Shown piece by piece: positions 26,171-40,566 of a stretch of DNA of 64,000 nucleotides (the stretch's first letter is position 1; each line of letters opens with the position of its first letter). This DNA comes from Paragordius varius. Taxonomy: Eukaryota; Animalia; Nematomorpha. The notes under the pieces were generated by a model. It had not been told where the DNA came from, ran no database searches, and was given only the letters and a program-made list of their open reading frames with translations. Location of the stretch: positions 14,818,001-14,882,000 of the forward strand of contig OZ176050.1 of NCBI GenBank assembly GCA_964247055.1, written 5' to 3'. The position numbers and the translations under genes are program-made.

Positions 26171-27383
26171 CTTAACATTCCACATACATTTGTCTATGAT
26201 ATCTTTTGACTTTTGATTACATTTATGTATATAATTTAATATGTTACATAACTATTTATGTAGATAATTATGATATTATTCATTTAATATAATGGTTTAG
26301 TTGTATGTATGTATATAGTAAATTAATATTAATATAATTACTGTGTTTCTCAAATTTACTGGCATAGCCGCGGTACAAATAATGAAAACTTTAGGAGAAT
26401 GTTATGTTTTAAGCTTTGCGGGTATCCAAACTAAAAATGCAAATATGCATTATGAATCAAAATAAACTAAAAACGTCCCTTGTCACCTTCCCTAGTTGAA
26501 CTAATAAAAGGGCGAATTTTAACATAATTAATATTTTGAAGGGGAATTCAAACAATAAATGTGTCTTTAGCGCCGTCAAATTAGAAAAAAGGGATTGAAA
26601 TTTTTAATAATTGCTACTGGTCATAATTCGTAAATAATTATTTGTGTTACGCTCGGGTCTGTAGTTATTAAATTTAAGAGGTCAACCCATATATAGTCAT
26701 GTAGACTTTATTTTATTAAAAATTTCTTTTTTTTGTAAAATGGGTATAAATATTTGGTAAAGAATGTAAAAACAAGCTCTATGGTATCACCATGTCATAT
26801 TCTTTAAAAAAAGTAAAAGAAGTGTGGGGGAAGGGCGTTTGGAAATCTTTGGTAAAAAATGAAAATCTTAAAATATTATTAAAGGGTAGTGGTATTTTTA
26901 TTAATTTTTTTCCGATAATATTTATATTTTAAACAAGACAAATTAACCATGTAAATATTAATTTTTATATATGGGTAAAAATAATATTTATTAGAATTCA
27001 TTTAATAGGATATTACAATAATTAAAACGAACATTATAACGGACAAAATATAAGGATGTAATCAATTGTATATATACATATAAAAAGGAAAACATAGGGA
27101 ATGAATATTAATTATATAGCGTTCATAAAAAAATATTGAAATGAATGCGTTTCATCCTAAAATGCTCTATTTTGGAAATTTAAAATACAATCATATGAAT
27201 ATACCAGTTTACCACTATTCAACCCTATTGAATGTTTTTTACTGTAAAAACTGTTTTAAAAAAAGCAAGATATATCTGGAAATTATTGTATCGTACTGTG
27301 CGATCAAAGAAAAACTAAATCATCTCTGATACTTATAATAAATGATGGGTAAAATTGTTTTCATTTTCCAACCTTAGTTTTTT

Positions 27384-28277
27384 TTAAATTAAAACTCTTC
27401 TGCAATATTGTTCCCAGATACATCTTGGTTTTTTTAAATAATAAAATTTTAGTTCGTGAAAAAAACATTCAATAGGATTGAGTTGGGGCGAATAAGGTGG
27501 TAAATATATAAGCTTGTTTCTTAAATTACCTAAAATAGAACATTTGTGAATGGGTGCGTTGTCGCAAATGACAAACGCATCTTGTGGTAACATGGCCAAA
27601 GACTCCTCCAAAAATGGCTCAAAAGTCTCGCCATTAGTCGCTCCCTGTTTGATGCTATAATTAACAACACCCTGTATGCCAATCATACACAACAAAGAGT
27701 CGTTTTTACCTATAATAAAATAAAGATATACCTTTACCCTTTACGATAGGTGCATGTCCTGACGGTGCCCAACCGAATATATTTTTTGAAGGAAAACCCC
27801 AACTCATCTAAATAATAGATTTTGTCCAAGGGTATACCGTTCACAAAGGCATACTTAAATCTTTTCTGAATAACAAGCGAGGAATTACGCTGTTGAGTAT
27901 CATACACCTTTTGCGTGTGTAGTTTATTATTTTAAATATTTTATATAAGGTTTTTTTGGATATTTTGCCTTCTGTAGCCAATTTATTGAGAATCTCATAG
28001 ACAGTCAATTTACAATCACTATCGATGATTGTTTTGACCTGCCTGACTAGACCTTCAATGGCTCTTTCTCTATTCCCAAAGTCATGCGTTATCTCATAGC
28101 ATTTATAGAACTTATAGACATGTCTAAATCATCTACAAAATGACGAGACGATAATTCAGGATTTCTGGCCGAAAATTTTGTAGCCTTGGATTTTTTTTCA
28201 TCTGACCAAAAATGATATTCCAAAATTAACAAAACGGTACTTTTCCTTTTTCCTCTACCGTTTAATGAAGATGTCAT
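27384..28277 (-). pseudogene. Decayed IS630/Tc1-superfamily transposase (DD30E spacing)
   Basis: Minus-strand fragments in shifting frames: HTH-like DCKLTVYEILNKLATEGKISKKTLYKIFKIINYTRKR; QQRNSSLVIQKRFKYAFVNGIPLDKIYYLDELGF (first D at 27806-27808); FGWAPSGHAP; GKNDSLLCMIG…FVICDNAPIHK (second D at 27561-27563); LIYLPPYSPQLNPIE (E at 27468-27470). It has several frameshifts and at least one stop. No TIRs were found. Confidence 0.85.
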
Positions 28278-28983
28278 ATTTTCATTCCCGATTTCATTTA
28301 CATCTAAAGTCTAAATAAAAAAATCGTTGCCAGGCACAATATTTTGTGTGGCTCTTATATTTTCGTCAACATAATTTGAATCTAACATTATAAAGAAAAA
28401 AAACCATCAAGGACACCAGGACAAGTCGCTATCAATCCCGTCGATATCATTAACACCTAAAATCTAAATGAAAAAAAACCATCGTTGCCAGGAATTATAG
28501 TTTGTGTCTGTCTTATACCAGCGTCTCCATATTCTGAATCTAACATTATAAAGGAAAAAAATACCCGCATTACCAGGGTTACACCCTAACGAAATTTGAT
28601 CAAATTGATTATTTAATATAGCATCTATCGTAAATATCCCTTTTAAAATCGTTTACATATCAAAACAAAAAAATATAATTAAGATAAAAATTACGATTTT
28701 CCCTATTATACAAATTTAAATTAAGGGTTTGTTGTTACTGTATTTTCATTTTTCACCAAAGATTTCCGACGCACTTCCCCACACTTCTTTTACTCTTTTA
28801 ATGATTATGATATGGTTAATACCATCGAGCTCTTGTTTTTTTATTCTTTACCAATATATCCATTTAACAAAAAAAAGTATATTTTTGATAGAACAAACTC
28901 TACATGACTGTAAAGAAAATTATTTATGCTTTTGTGGTAACTGCTGCATATCAGAGAATGGCAAAAATCGCTACATTTTACTA

Positions 28984-29272
28984 CGGTAAAAATTGAAATT
29001 ATATGGACAAAACGTAAAAATATACGGACAAATATTATTTTTTAAAAGACAACCATTTTTTTAAACCTTAATATTTCCCCTATAAACTATTTAATAACGA
29101 TGGTAAAATATCATTTGATTGTAGTAATATATATATGTATATATATAATCTATTTCGCATTTTGCAATTTATAAAGAGTTATATTTAAAAATGATTTAAA
29201 AAGTATGGTTGACTTTTAGAAAAATATTTGTCCTTATATATTTACGTTTTGTCCGTATAATTTCTTTTACTG
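28984..29272. mobile_element. Tc1/mariner-type MITE, family M1 (well-preserved copy)
   Basis: TA|CGGTAAAAATTGAAATTATATGGACAAAACGTAAAAATATACGGACAAATATT … AATATTTGTCCTTATATATTTACGTTTTGTCCGTATAATTTCTTTTACTG|TA, giving ~90-bp TIRs and a TA TSD. Confidence 0.85.
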
Positions 29273-30412
29273 TAAATATTTTCTTGGTGATAGCAAATAG
29301 TTTCATTTCAATAAATAGCACTAAAATTACTATTATCTGGGGATGACAATGTAAAGTATATATTGTATATCACAAGAACAATGCGTTATATCATGATCTA
29401 TATATATATATATATATCTAAGATAATTAGGTTTAATGTATTCACATATATCAAGGTGAGATGTTTGTTTATATCCTATTATCTCAAGGTATAATAATAA
29501 TATTCACAAGTGGTGGGGAGGTTATAATAATATAATAATAGTATACAGATAAGTTAATAGGTTAATGTACTGATATATAACGAATGTTGTGTGTTTAACC
29601 TAATCGTGTAATAACAGGTCTATTCAAATTAGCCTGTCAGTTACACTCTAACAATTACACATAAAAGCGAAACAATCATTAAAAATTATATTTTAGATGT
29701 AGGCTTCAAATGTCCCAATTTTTTTGTCCTTTTAAACAGAGGTACACTTGAAATAAACACGAAAATGTTTCACACTATAAATTTTAAGTATATAATTTTG
29801 ACATAGAAATAATTCCGAAAATGGATATTTTGCTCAAAAATTTGTGTGGAATCGTACTTCATGCTATTTTGAGGTATAATGGAAATTATAACAAAACTCT
29901 CTAAAATATTATAAAAAACATTTTGCATACTACAAAATCGGGGGCTATAAAAAATATCTTGATGCATATAGAATCCGTTAGGTATATATATATATCAAGA
30001 TTATCAATGGAGCTTTTAGTTATAACCCTTGATTTAAGAAAGTTACGCTTTTGTGGTAAGTGCTCCATAAAAAATAGCAAAATTTACGCACATTTTTTAT
30101 AAATTTTTTTAGTAAAAGCTAAGTGCTTCATTCTAAAAAATATCACTTAAATCAGTAAAAATTGGAATTATACGGACAAAATGTTAAAATATAAAGACAA
30201 TTTTCTAAAAGACCCATACTTTTTAAATTTTTTTTATATAACTTATTATTTTAAATTGCAAAGTACATAATAGAGATGCATGTTGGTAACACAATTAATT
30301 GTATTTTGCAATTTAATTAAATGATAATTACCCTAAATCTCATGCTTCTACGCAGCCCAAAGACTTCGGACTTCTGGGGGCAAGGTATTTTAAAAAAGTG
30401 ATCAATAAGATC

Positions 30413-31219
30413 CATATATGTGGATTATTTCGAAACATTATTCAATAGTTATGATCTTATAGGATTTTCTAAATGTTGCACTCTTACTAATATATTGTTT
30501 ACTGGTGGAAAGGCCCCAAATTGACGGCTAACGGAAAAAACCGTTATACTATAGTTTTTACTTTATGCGTAATATTTCAAGCCTTAATTAAACTCGTATG
30601 GCTTCTTAAGTTTTTTGAAATTATCTCCAAAGTCATGCCATTTTTATATGGCATTTTAGTTTTAAACCGGTAGATCCCCACCGTTAGGCCCATTTGGAAA
30701 AAGCGCTGAGACCATCCTCTCATGGATTATTCGAAAAAATGCTTTAACACTAAATAATCGTTATATGACGGCGTATAAGGGCATAAAGACCCCAAATTAA
30801 CGGCTAATAAAAAAAGGCATGATCTTAATTTTTACCTAGTTACGGGTTTCGAACTTTAAATGAGCTCATATGGCATAAGTTTTCTTTAAAATAGTTCCAA
30901 AACAACCTAATTTCTATATAGTGGCGCAGTTTTTGGCAAGTAGCTCCCTTCCCAGAGGCTGATACAAAAAAGCGCTTAGTTAAAACTTTTCCCTTTAACG
31001 GAGAATATCTGGAATTATGGGTGATTCCATATGCCCTTATTAGTTTTTGGGAAAATTGCCTCAAAATTAAAAAATCATTTTGGCCTAAAACAGGGCGAAG
31101 CTATTGTCGGGGCATTAATTAATAATTATATTTTTTCGATATTTGGATTCGAATGGGTCTACCGGTTTTCCGGAAACAGATCACAAAGCCACCACTTTCT
31201 ATTTTTATAAATATATAGA
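30413..31219 (-). mobile_element. Second, internally shorter, inverted copy of the 2675-4692 element, inserted into an M1 MITE
   Basis: 31100-31219 is the reverse complement of ~2675-2800 (for example GAAAGTGGTGGCTTTGTGATCTGTTTCCGGAAAACCG). 30413-30770 is the reverse complement of ~4320-4692. M1 TIR halves lie at ~30153-30320 and 31220-31310. Confidence 0.7.
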
Positions 31220-32225
31220 TTAAGGTTCAAAAAAGTATGGCTGTTTTTGAAAAAAAAACATTTGTCTTTATATTTTTACGTTTTGTCCGTTTAATTTCAA
31301 TTTTTACTGTATATAATAAACTACATATAAAAAGTAAAATAATATTTTTAATAATTTAATTTTTAGATATAGGCTCCAAAAGTCGCAAATTTTTTCGCTT
31401 TCCTAAAATGTGCTAGTTTCTTAATACACAAAAATGCCGATATTGAGCGATAAAAAGTTTAAACTAAATGATATTAACTAAATTTTTAAAATTTAATTTT
31501 TAGCAAAATTTGGCTGAAGCGAAATTTATACTGTTTTGAGGTATCGTGAAAACGTTTAAAAACGGTTTAAAATATTAAAAACACTTTTTCTAAATCATTC
31601 GATATAGTCAACATTTCCCTTGCTTCAGAATTTAATATAGTTTTGTTTGCTTTTTTGGTGATTTTTGGAAAAAAAATAATTTATATTAAACAGACTTATG
31701 AAGTCGAAATTACACAAAACAAGAATGCACAATAGATATTAAATATATGCTAAATTTTCATATTAAAAAAATATTTCTTAAAATATGCTGCTTTTTTAAA
31801 AAAAATTATTTTTAGCTAAAATTTGTTTAGCGTACATTTTATTATTTTTATTACACTGTGTTTGCGAAAAATCCTCTAAAAATATATATTCTAATGGGAA
31901 AATGTATCAGGATTATCTCGGTGCTTGATTATGGCCTTTACGAGTGAGATCAGAAAGTTATAATACTTTGATAGTAAGCTCCGTATCACTGCACATTTTT
32001 TAATAAAATTTTTTGCTGAAAGCTACCATTTAAAAATATTAATTCTTAGATGTAGGTTCAGAAAGTCACGATTTCGCTATTAAAATGGGTTTTTTCTCTT
32101 AAAATAAACGAAAATCGTGGGATTGCGCGACACAAATTTTAAAATGCTAAATTGTTTAACTAAAAATATTTTTACAAAAACGCATAATTTTTTTAATAAT
32201 TCAATTGTAGCAATATATTTTGTAT

Positions 32226-35200
32226 ACAATTCTAATAATCAGCAATACAATTTCAACAATCACCTATACATTTCCAACAATCAACCATACATTTATAACA
32301 ATCAACCATACTTTCCATCAATTAGCTATACATTTTCAACAATCAGCCAAATTTTCCAAAAATCAACCTAACGTCTCCAACAAACCATGCATTTCCAACA
32401 ATCAACTATACATCAATCAGCCATACATATCTACAATCAACCATACTTTACAACGATCCATACATTTATATCAGCCATACATTTCCAAAAATCATGGATA
32501 CATTTTCAACAATTTAAACATACATTACAAATATCAACCATACTTTTCCAATAATCAGCTATACAATTCTAACAATCAGCCACACTCTCCAACAATCAAA
32601 CATACCTTGCATCAATCAACTATATATTGCCAACAATCAACCATACATATCGAACAATCGGGCATACTTTTCAACACTCTGTCACATATTTTAACAATCA
32701 ACCATACATTTCCAACAATTAACCACTTTCCAACAATCAACTATACATTTCCAACAATCAGCCATACATTTCCATCAAGCAACGATACATTTGCAAAAAT
32801 CAATTATAGATTTCGAACAACCGGTCATACATTTGGAACAAACAGCCATACGTTTCCAACATTCAACGATACTTTTCCACAGATCCATACATTTCCAACA
32901 ATCGGCTGTACATCAACAATCAGACACACTATCCAACAATCAACCATATTTTCCATCAATCAACTATAATTTACCAACAATCAACCATACACTATTAACA
33001 ATCAACCATTGGGCAACAAGCCATACATTTTAACAATCGACCAACATCTCAAACAATTAACCATACATTTCCAACAATCGGCCATACTTTCCAACAATCT
33101 ATACATTTGCAACAATCGACAATACTTTTATAACAATCATCTACAGTTCCAACGATCAGCCAACTCTAAAACAATCAACCATACTTTCCAATCAGATATA
33201 CATTACCATCAATCAACCATACATTTCGAACAACTAGCCATAGATTTTGAAAAATCAGCCATACAGTTTTAACAATCAACCATACATTTGGAACAACCAG
33301 CCATACGTATCCAACAATTAACCATACATTTCCACAAACCATAGATTTCCAACGATCGACTGTACATTTTCAACAATCAGGCACACTATCCAACTATCCA
33401 CGAGACTTTCCATCAATAAACGATAAATTACTAACAATCAACCTTACTCTACCAACAATCAATCATACATCACAACCAGCCATACATTTAAACAATCCAT
33501 ACATTTTCAACAATCAAACAAATATTCCAAAAAAATCAACCATACATTCCATCAACCAGCCATACATTTCCAACAATCATGGATACGTTGCCAACAATCA
33601 GCCATACATTTCCATTAATCAATTAACGTTTCTACCAATCAACCAACATCTCGAACAATCAGCTATACTTTCCAACAATCAGCCATATTTGCAACAATTA
33701 ACCATACTTTCCAACATCAGCCATACATTTCCAACAATCAGTCATACTTTCAACAATCAGCTATACATTTGCAACAATCGACCATACATTTTTAACAATC
33801 AGCTTCACAATTCCAACTATCAGCCACACTCTCACACAATCAACCATACTTTCCAATCAGCTTAACATTACGAAAAAACAACCATACATTTTGAACAACC
33901 ATCCATACATTTTTAAAAATCAGCAATAGAGTTCCAACATTTAACCAAACATTTCGAACAACCAGCCACACATTTCAACAATCAGCCATAGATTTCCAAC
34001 AATCATTTATAAATTGGCAACACTCAACCATACAGTTCCAACATTCAACCATACATTTCAAACAACCAGCCATACGTTTCAGCAATCAGCCATATATTTC
34101 CACCAATAACTATACATTTCCAACAATCGACCATACATTTCCAACAATCAGCTATACAATTGCAACAATCAGCCACACTCTCCAACAATCAACCATACTT
34201 TCCAATCAGCTATACAGTACCAACAACCAACCATACATTTCAAACAATCAGATATACATTTTTAATAATCAGCCATACAGTTCCAACAATCAACCATAGA
34301 TTTCGAACAACCAGACATACTTTTCAACAATCAGCCATATATTTGCAACAATCAACCATACTTTCCAACAGTCAGCTATACACTTCCAACAATCAACGAT
34401 ATTTTCAAACAATCAGCCATACATTTCAACAACCAGACATACATCTCAACAATCAGCCATATTTTCCAACAATCTGACATTTGCCACGATCAACCATACA
34501 TTTCCAAGAATCAGCTATACATTCCAACAATCATTCATACATTTCGAACAATTAGCCATGCTTTTTAACAATCAGGCATACATTTCCAACAATAACCATA
34601 GATTTCAAAAAACCAGACATACTTTTCAACAAGCAACCATACTTTCCATTAATAAACTATACATTACTAACAATCAATCATACATAACAACCAGCGATAC
34701 ATTTTAACAATCAGCCATACATTTCCAACAATAAACCATATATATGAAACAATCAACCATAATTCCATCAACCACCCATATATTTCCAACAATCAGCCAT
34801 ACATTTCGAACAATCAATTAACGTTTCTACCAATCAACCAATATCTCGAACAATTAGCCATACATTTCCAACAATCGGGCATACTTTCCAACAATCAGCT
34901 ATACATTTCCAACAATCGTAGATACATTTCCAACAATCATCTACACTTCCAACGATCAGTCACATTCTCCAACAATTAACCATACTTTTCAATCAGCTAT
35001 ACATGACCAACAATCAACCATACATTTTGAACAACCAGCCATACGTTTCAACAATCAGCCATACATTTCCAACAATCAGCAATCAATTGCCAACACTCAA
35101 CCATACATTTCCAACAACGAGCCATACTTTACAACAATACCATACATTTCAAACAATAAGCCATACATTTCCAACAATCAGCCTTACATTTCCAACAATC

Positions 35201-38200
35201 AGTCATGGTTTCCAACAATCAGCTATACATTTGCAACAATCGACCATACATTTTCAACAATCAGCCACACTCTCCAACAAATAACCATTTCCAATCAGCT
35301 ATACATTACCAACAATCAACCATACATTAAAAACAATCAGATATACATTTTCAAAAATCAGCTAACAGTTCCAACAATCAACCATAGATTTTGAACAACC
35401 AGACATACATTTAAATCAGCCATACTTTCCAACAATCAGCTATACATTTGCCACAATCGACCATACGTTTCCAAGAATCAGCTATACATTCCAACAATCA
35501 TTCATACATTTCGAACAACCAGCCATGCTTTTTAACAATCAGGCATACATTTCCAACAATAACCATAGATTTCAAAACACCAGACATACTTTTCAACAAG
35601 CAACCATACTTTCCATTAATCAACTATACATTACTAACAATCAATCATACATAACAACCAGCCATACATTTTAACAATCAGCCATACATTTCCAACAATA
35701 AACCATATATATGAAACAATCAACCATAATTCTATCAAACACCCATATATTTCCAACAATCATGGATACGTTACAACAATCAGCCATACTTTTCCAATAA
35801 TCAGCTATACAATTCTAACAATCAGCCACACTCTCCAACAATCAAAAATACCTTTCATAAATCAACTATATATTACCAACAATCAACCATACATATCGAA
35901 CAACCGGGCATACTTTTCAACACTCAGTCACACATTTTAACAATCAACCATACATTTCCAACAATTAACCACTTTCCACAATCAACTATACATTTCTAAC
36001 AATCAGCCATACATTTCCATCAAGCAACGATACATTTGCAAAAATTAATTATAGTTTCGAACAACCGGCCATACATTTGGAACAAACAGCCATACGTTTC
36101 CAACATTCAACGATACTTTTCCACAGATCCATACATTTCCAACAATCGGCTGTACATTTTCAACAATCAGACACACTATCCAACAATCAACCATATTTCC
36201 ATCAATCAACTATAATTTACCAACAATCAACCATATACTATTAACAATCAACCATTGGGCAACAAGCCATACATTTTAACAATCAACCAACATCTCAAAC
36301 AATTAACCATACATTTCCAACAATCGGCCATACTTACCAACAATCTATACATTTGCAACAATCGACAATACTTTTATAACAATCATCTACACTTCCAACA
36401 ATCAGCCAACTCTCCAACAATCAACCATACTTTGCAATCAGCTATACATTACCATCAATCAACCATACTTTCGAACAACTAGCCATAGATTTTGAAAAAT
36501 CAGCCATACAGTTTTAACAATCAACCATATATTTCGAACAACCAGCCAAACCTTTCAACAATCAGCCATACATTTCAAACAATCTGCTATCAATTGCCAA
36601 CACTCAACCATGAATTTCTAACAACCAGGCACACTTTACAACAATACCATACGTTTCAAACAACCAACCATATCTTTCAACAATACCCATATATTTTCAA
36701 CAATCAACCATACATTTTGAATAATAACCATACATTTCCAACAATCGGTTATACATTTCCAACAATTAACATAATTACCAACAATCAACCATACATTTTT
36801 AACAATCCTTCACAATTCCAACTATCAGCCACACTCTCACACAATCAACCATACTTTCCAATCTGCTTAACATTACGAAAAAACAACCATACATTTCGAA
36901 CAACCATCCATACATTTTTAAAAATCAGCAATACAGCTACATTCAACCAAACATTTCGATCAACCAGCCACACATTTCAACAATCAGCCATAGATTTCCA
37001 ACAATCATTTATAAATTGCCAACACTCAACCATACAGTTCCAACATTCAACCATACATTTCGAACAACCAGCCATACGTTTCAGCAATCAGCCATATATT
37101 TCCACCAATAACTATACATTTCCAACAATCGACCATACATTTACAACAATCAGCTATACAATTGCAACAATCAGCCACACTCTCCAACAATCAACCATAC
37201 TTTCCAATCAGCTATACATTACCAACAACCAACCATACATTTTAAACAATCAGATATACATTTTTAATAATCAGCCATACAGTTCCAACAATCAACCATA
37301 GATTTCGAACAACCAGACATACTTTTAACAATCAGCCATACATTTGCAACAATAAACCATACTTTCCAACAATCAGCTATACACTTCCAACAATCAACGA
37401 TATTTTCAAACAATCAGCCATCCATTTCAACAACCAGACATACATTTCAACAATCAGCCATATTTTCCAACAATCTGACATTTGCCACAATCGACCATAC
37501 ATTTTCATTAATAAACTATACATTACTAACAATTAATCTTACATAACAACCAGCCATACATTTAAACAATCAGCCATACATTTCCAACAATAAACCATAT
37601 ATATAAAACAATCAACCATAATTCCATCAACCACCCATATATTTCCAACAATCAGCTATACATTTCCAACAATCGACCATACATTTTCAACAATCAGCTT
37701 CACAATTCCAACTATCAGCCACACTCTCACACAATCAACCATACTTTCCAATCAGCTATACATTACCATCAATCAACCATACATTACAATCAGATATAGA
37801 ATTTCAAAAATCAGCCATACAGTTCCAACAATCAACCATAGATTTTGAACAACCAGACATACATTTTAACAATCAGCCATATTCCAACAATCAGCCACAC
37901 CTGAAACAATTAACCATACTTTCTATCAATCAGCTATATACCAACAATCAACCATACATATCGAACAAAAAGGCATACTTTACAATTATACCATACATTT
38001 CCATCATCCATATATTTACAACAATCAGGTATACATATACCACAATCAACCATAGTTTTCGGGCAACCAGCCATACGTTTTAACAATCAGCCATACATTT
38101 TCAACAATCAGCTAAAAATTTTTAATCAGCCATACATTTTCAACAATCAACCATACATTTCCAACATTACATTTCCAACAATCGACTATACGTTTCCAAC

Positions 38201-40112
38201 AAATCAACCATTCATTTCCGAAAACGAAACATATATTACCAATAATCAACCATACATTTAGACACACCAACCATACATTTCCTACAATCAGCTATACATT
38301 TCCATCAATCAGCTATACATTTTCAAAAACAGGCACATTTTCAAAAATCAGCTATATATTTCCAACAATCAGCCATACTCCAACAATTGAGCACACTATC
38401 CTACGATCAACCCTACTTTCCATCAACTATACATAACCATATTTTCTAACACTCAACCGTACATTAGCAATCTACCATACATTACCAACAATCAACCATA
38501 CTTTTCGTACAACCAGCTATACTTTTCAACAATCAGCCATATTCAACTATCAGCATACATTTCCAACAATCACCTATAAATTTCCAACAATCAACCATTC
38601 ATTTCCATCAATCAGGTATACATTACCAACAATCAACCATACTCTTTTAGAACAACCAGCCATATCTATCAACAATCAGCCATACATTTTAACAATCATT
38701 CATATTTTCGAACAATCAAGCAATTCCACCAATCTGCCATCAATTTCTAACAATCAATTAACGTTATTAATCAACCCACATCTCTAACAACCAACCAAAC
38801 ATTTCTAACAATCAACCATACATTTCCAAAACCATACATTTCCAACAAAACATATATTATTAACAATCAGCTATACAATTCTAATAATCAATTAGACATT
38901 TCTAACAATCAGCTACTCCAACAAGGTATATATTTCCAACAATCAACCATACTTTCCAAAATCCTATACCTTTTTAACAATCGACCATACATTTCCAATA
39001 ACAACCATAGATTTCAAACAACCAGCCATACTTTTCAACAATCAGCCATACATTTCCAACAATCAGCTATACATTTCCAACAATCAACCATACGTTACCA
39101 ACAATCAACCATACATTTCCGAAAATCAGCTATACATTTCCAACTATCAACAATAGATTTCGAACAATCAGCCATATATTTTTAACAATAACCATACATT
39201 TCCAACAATCAGCTTATATTCCAACAATCAGCCACACCTGAAACAATCAACCATACTTTCCATCAATCAGCTACCAACAATCAACCATTTACAACAATCA
39301 ACCATACTCTTTTAGAACAACCAGCCATATCTATCAACAATCAGCCATACATTTTAACAATCATTCATATTTTCGAACAATCAAGCAATTCCACCAATCT
39401 GCCATCAATTTCTAACAATCAATTAACGTTATTAATCAACCCACATCTCTAACAACCAACCAAACATTTCTAACAATCAACCATACATTTCCAAAACCAT
39501 ACATTTCCAACAAAACATATATTATTAACAATCAGCTATACAATTCTAATAATCAATTAGACATTTCTAACAATCAGCTACTCCAACAAGGTATATATTT
39601 CCAACAATCAACCATACTTTCCAAAATCCTATACCTTTTTAACAATCGACCATACATTTCCAATAACAACCATAGATTTCAAACAACCAGCCATACTTTT
39701 CAACAATCAGCCATACATTTCCAACAATCAGCTATACATTTCCAACAATCAACCATACGTTACCAACAATCAACCATACATTTCCAAAAATCAGCTATAC
39801 ATTTCCAACTATCAACAATAGATTTCGAACAATCAGCCATATATTTTTAACAATAACCATACATTTCCAACAATCAGCTTATATTCCAACAATCAGCCAC
39901 ACCTGAAACAATCAACCATACTTTCCATCAATCAGCTACCAACAATCAACCATTTACAACAATCAACCATACATTTCCAACAATCAACCATACATTTAGA
40001 ACAATCAAACATACATTTCCAACAATCAACCATATATTTCAAACAATCAACCATTGTTTCCACCAATCAACCATACATTCTCAACAATCAGCTGTGCATT
40101 TCCAACAATCTG
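32226..40112 (+). repeat. ~7.9-kb degenerate 21-bp satellite/minisatellite (consensus ~TTCCAACAATCAGCCATACAT) with higher-order duplications
   Basis: Continuous AACAATCA(G/A)CCATACATTT(C/T) units with a very G-poor + strand. Block duplications: 38641-39305 repeats at 39306-39970 (665-bp offset, near-identical); ~32550-33300 repeats at ~35797-36545 (offset ~3,245); ~33790-34480 repeats at ~36785-37480 (offset ~3,000). Confidence 0.95.
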
Positions 40113-40566
40113 CATTACCGTAAAAAATAAAATTTAAATGTATAAAGTAGGTGTAAAATATTAAATGCAGAATCCTCCATAATGACCCCGATTTTGGACC
40201 GAACAATATACAAAATTTATTTAAAAATATACAATTAATAATATTCTACAGATATTTAAATATTAAATTAACATTTAATTTTTTTATTACTTTCGTTCCA
40301 TTAGCATGGTTCTTTAATATTCACAAATTAGTATGTCTGTTGAAGATGTCATGCTCAACTTTGTACGATTATAATCTAAAAATTGGGACCATATTTAAAA
40401 ATCGGAAAAATACATGATGTATAGTATAGGTGATGTTAATTAAAAATACTACAGCCCTAGAATTTGGTTTAAGGTAATCACAAGGATATTGTGGTTGATG
40501 ATTTTTAACACATCGTTTTGCCGGTAGGTCTTTATTTAACACTTGGATACAACACACTCATTTTAG

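Noticed and set aside
27000-28760. Terminal inverted repeats for the DD30E transposase
   Set aside because: No matching inverted termini were found by eye. Only a local ~155-165-bp direct duplication (about 28300-28420 versus 28458-28560) is visible.
32117-37301. ORFs of NNQPYIS / FPTINHT / QQSAIHF repeats as a repetitive protein gene
   Set aside because: All three frames give similar ORFs because the G-poor strand rarely forms stops. Frequent non-triplet indels switch frames, and there is no splice structure.
32226-40112. Telomeric or interstitial telomere repeat
   Set aside because: The unit is a degenerate 21-mer without a short G-rich telomere motif such as TTAGG or TTAGGG on either strand.
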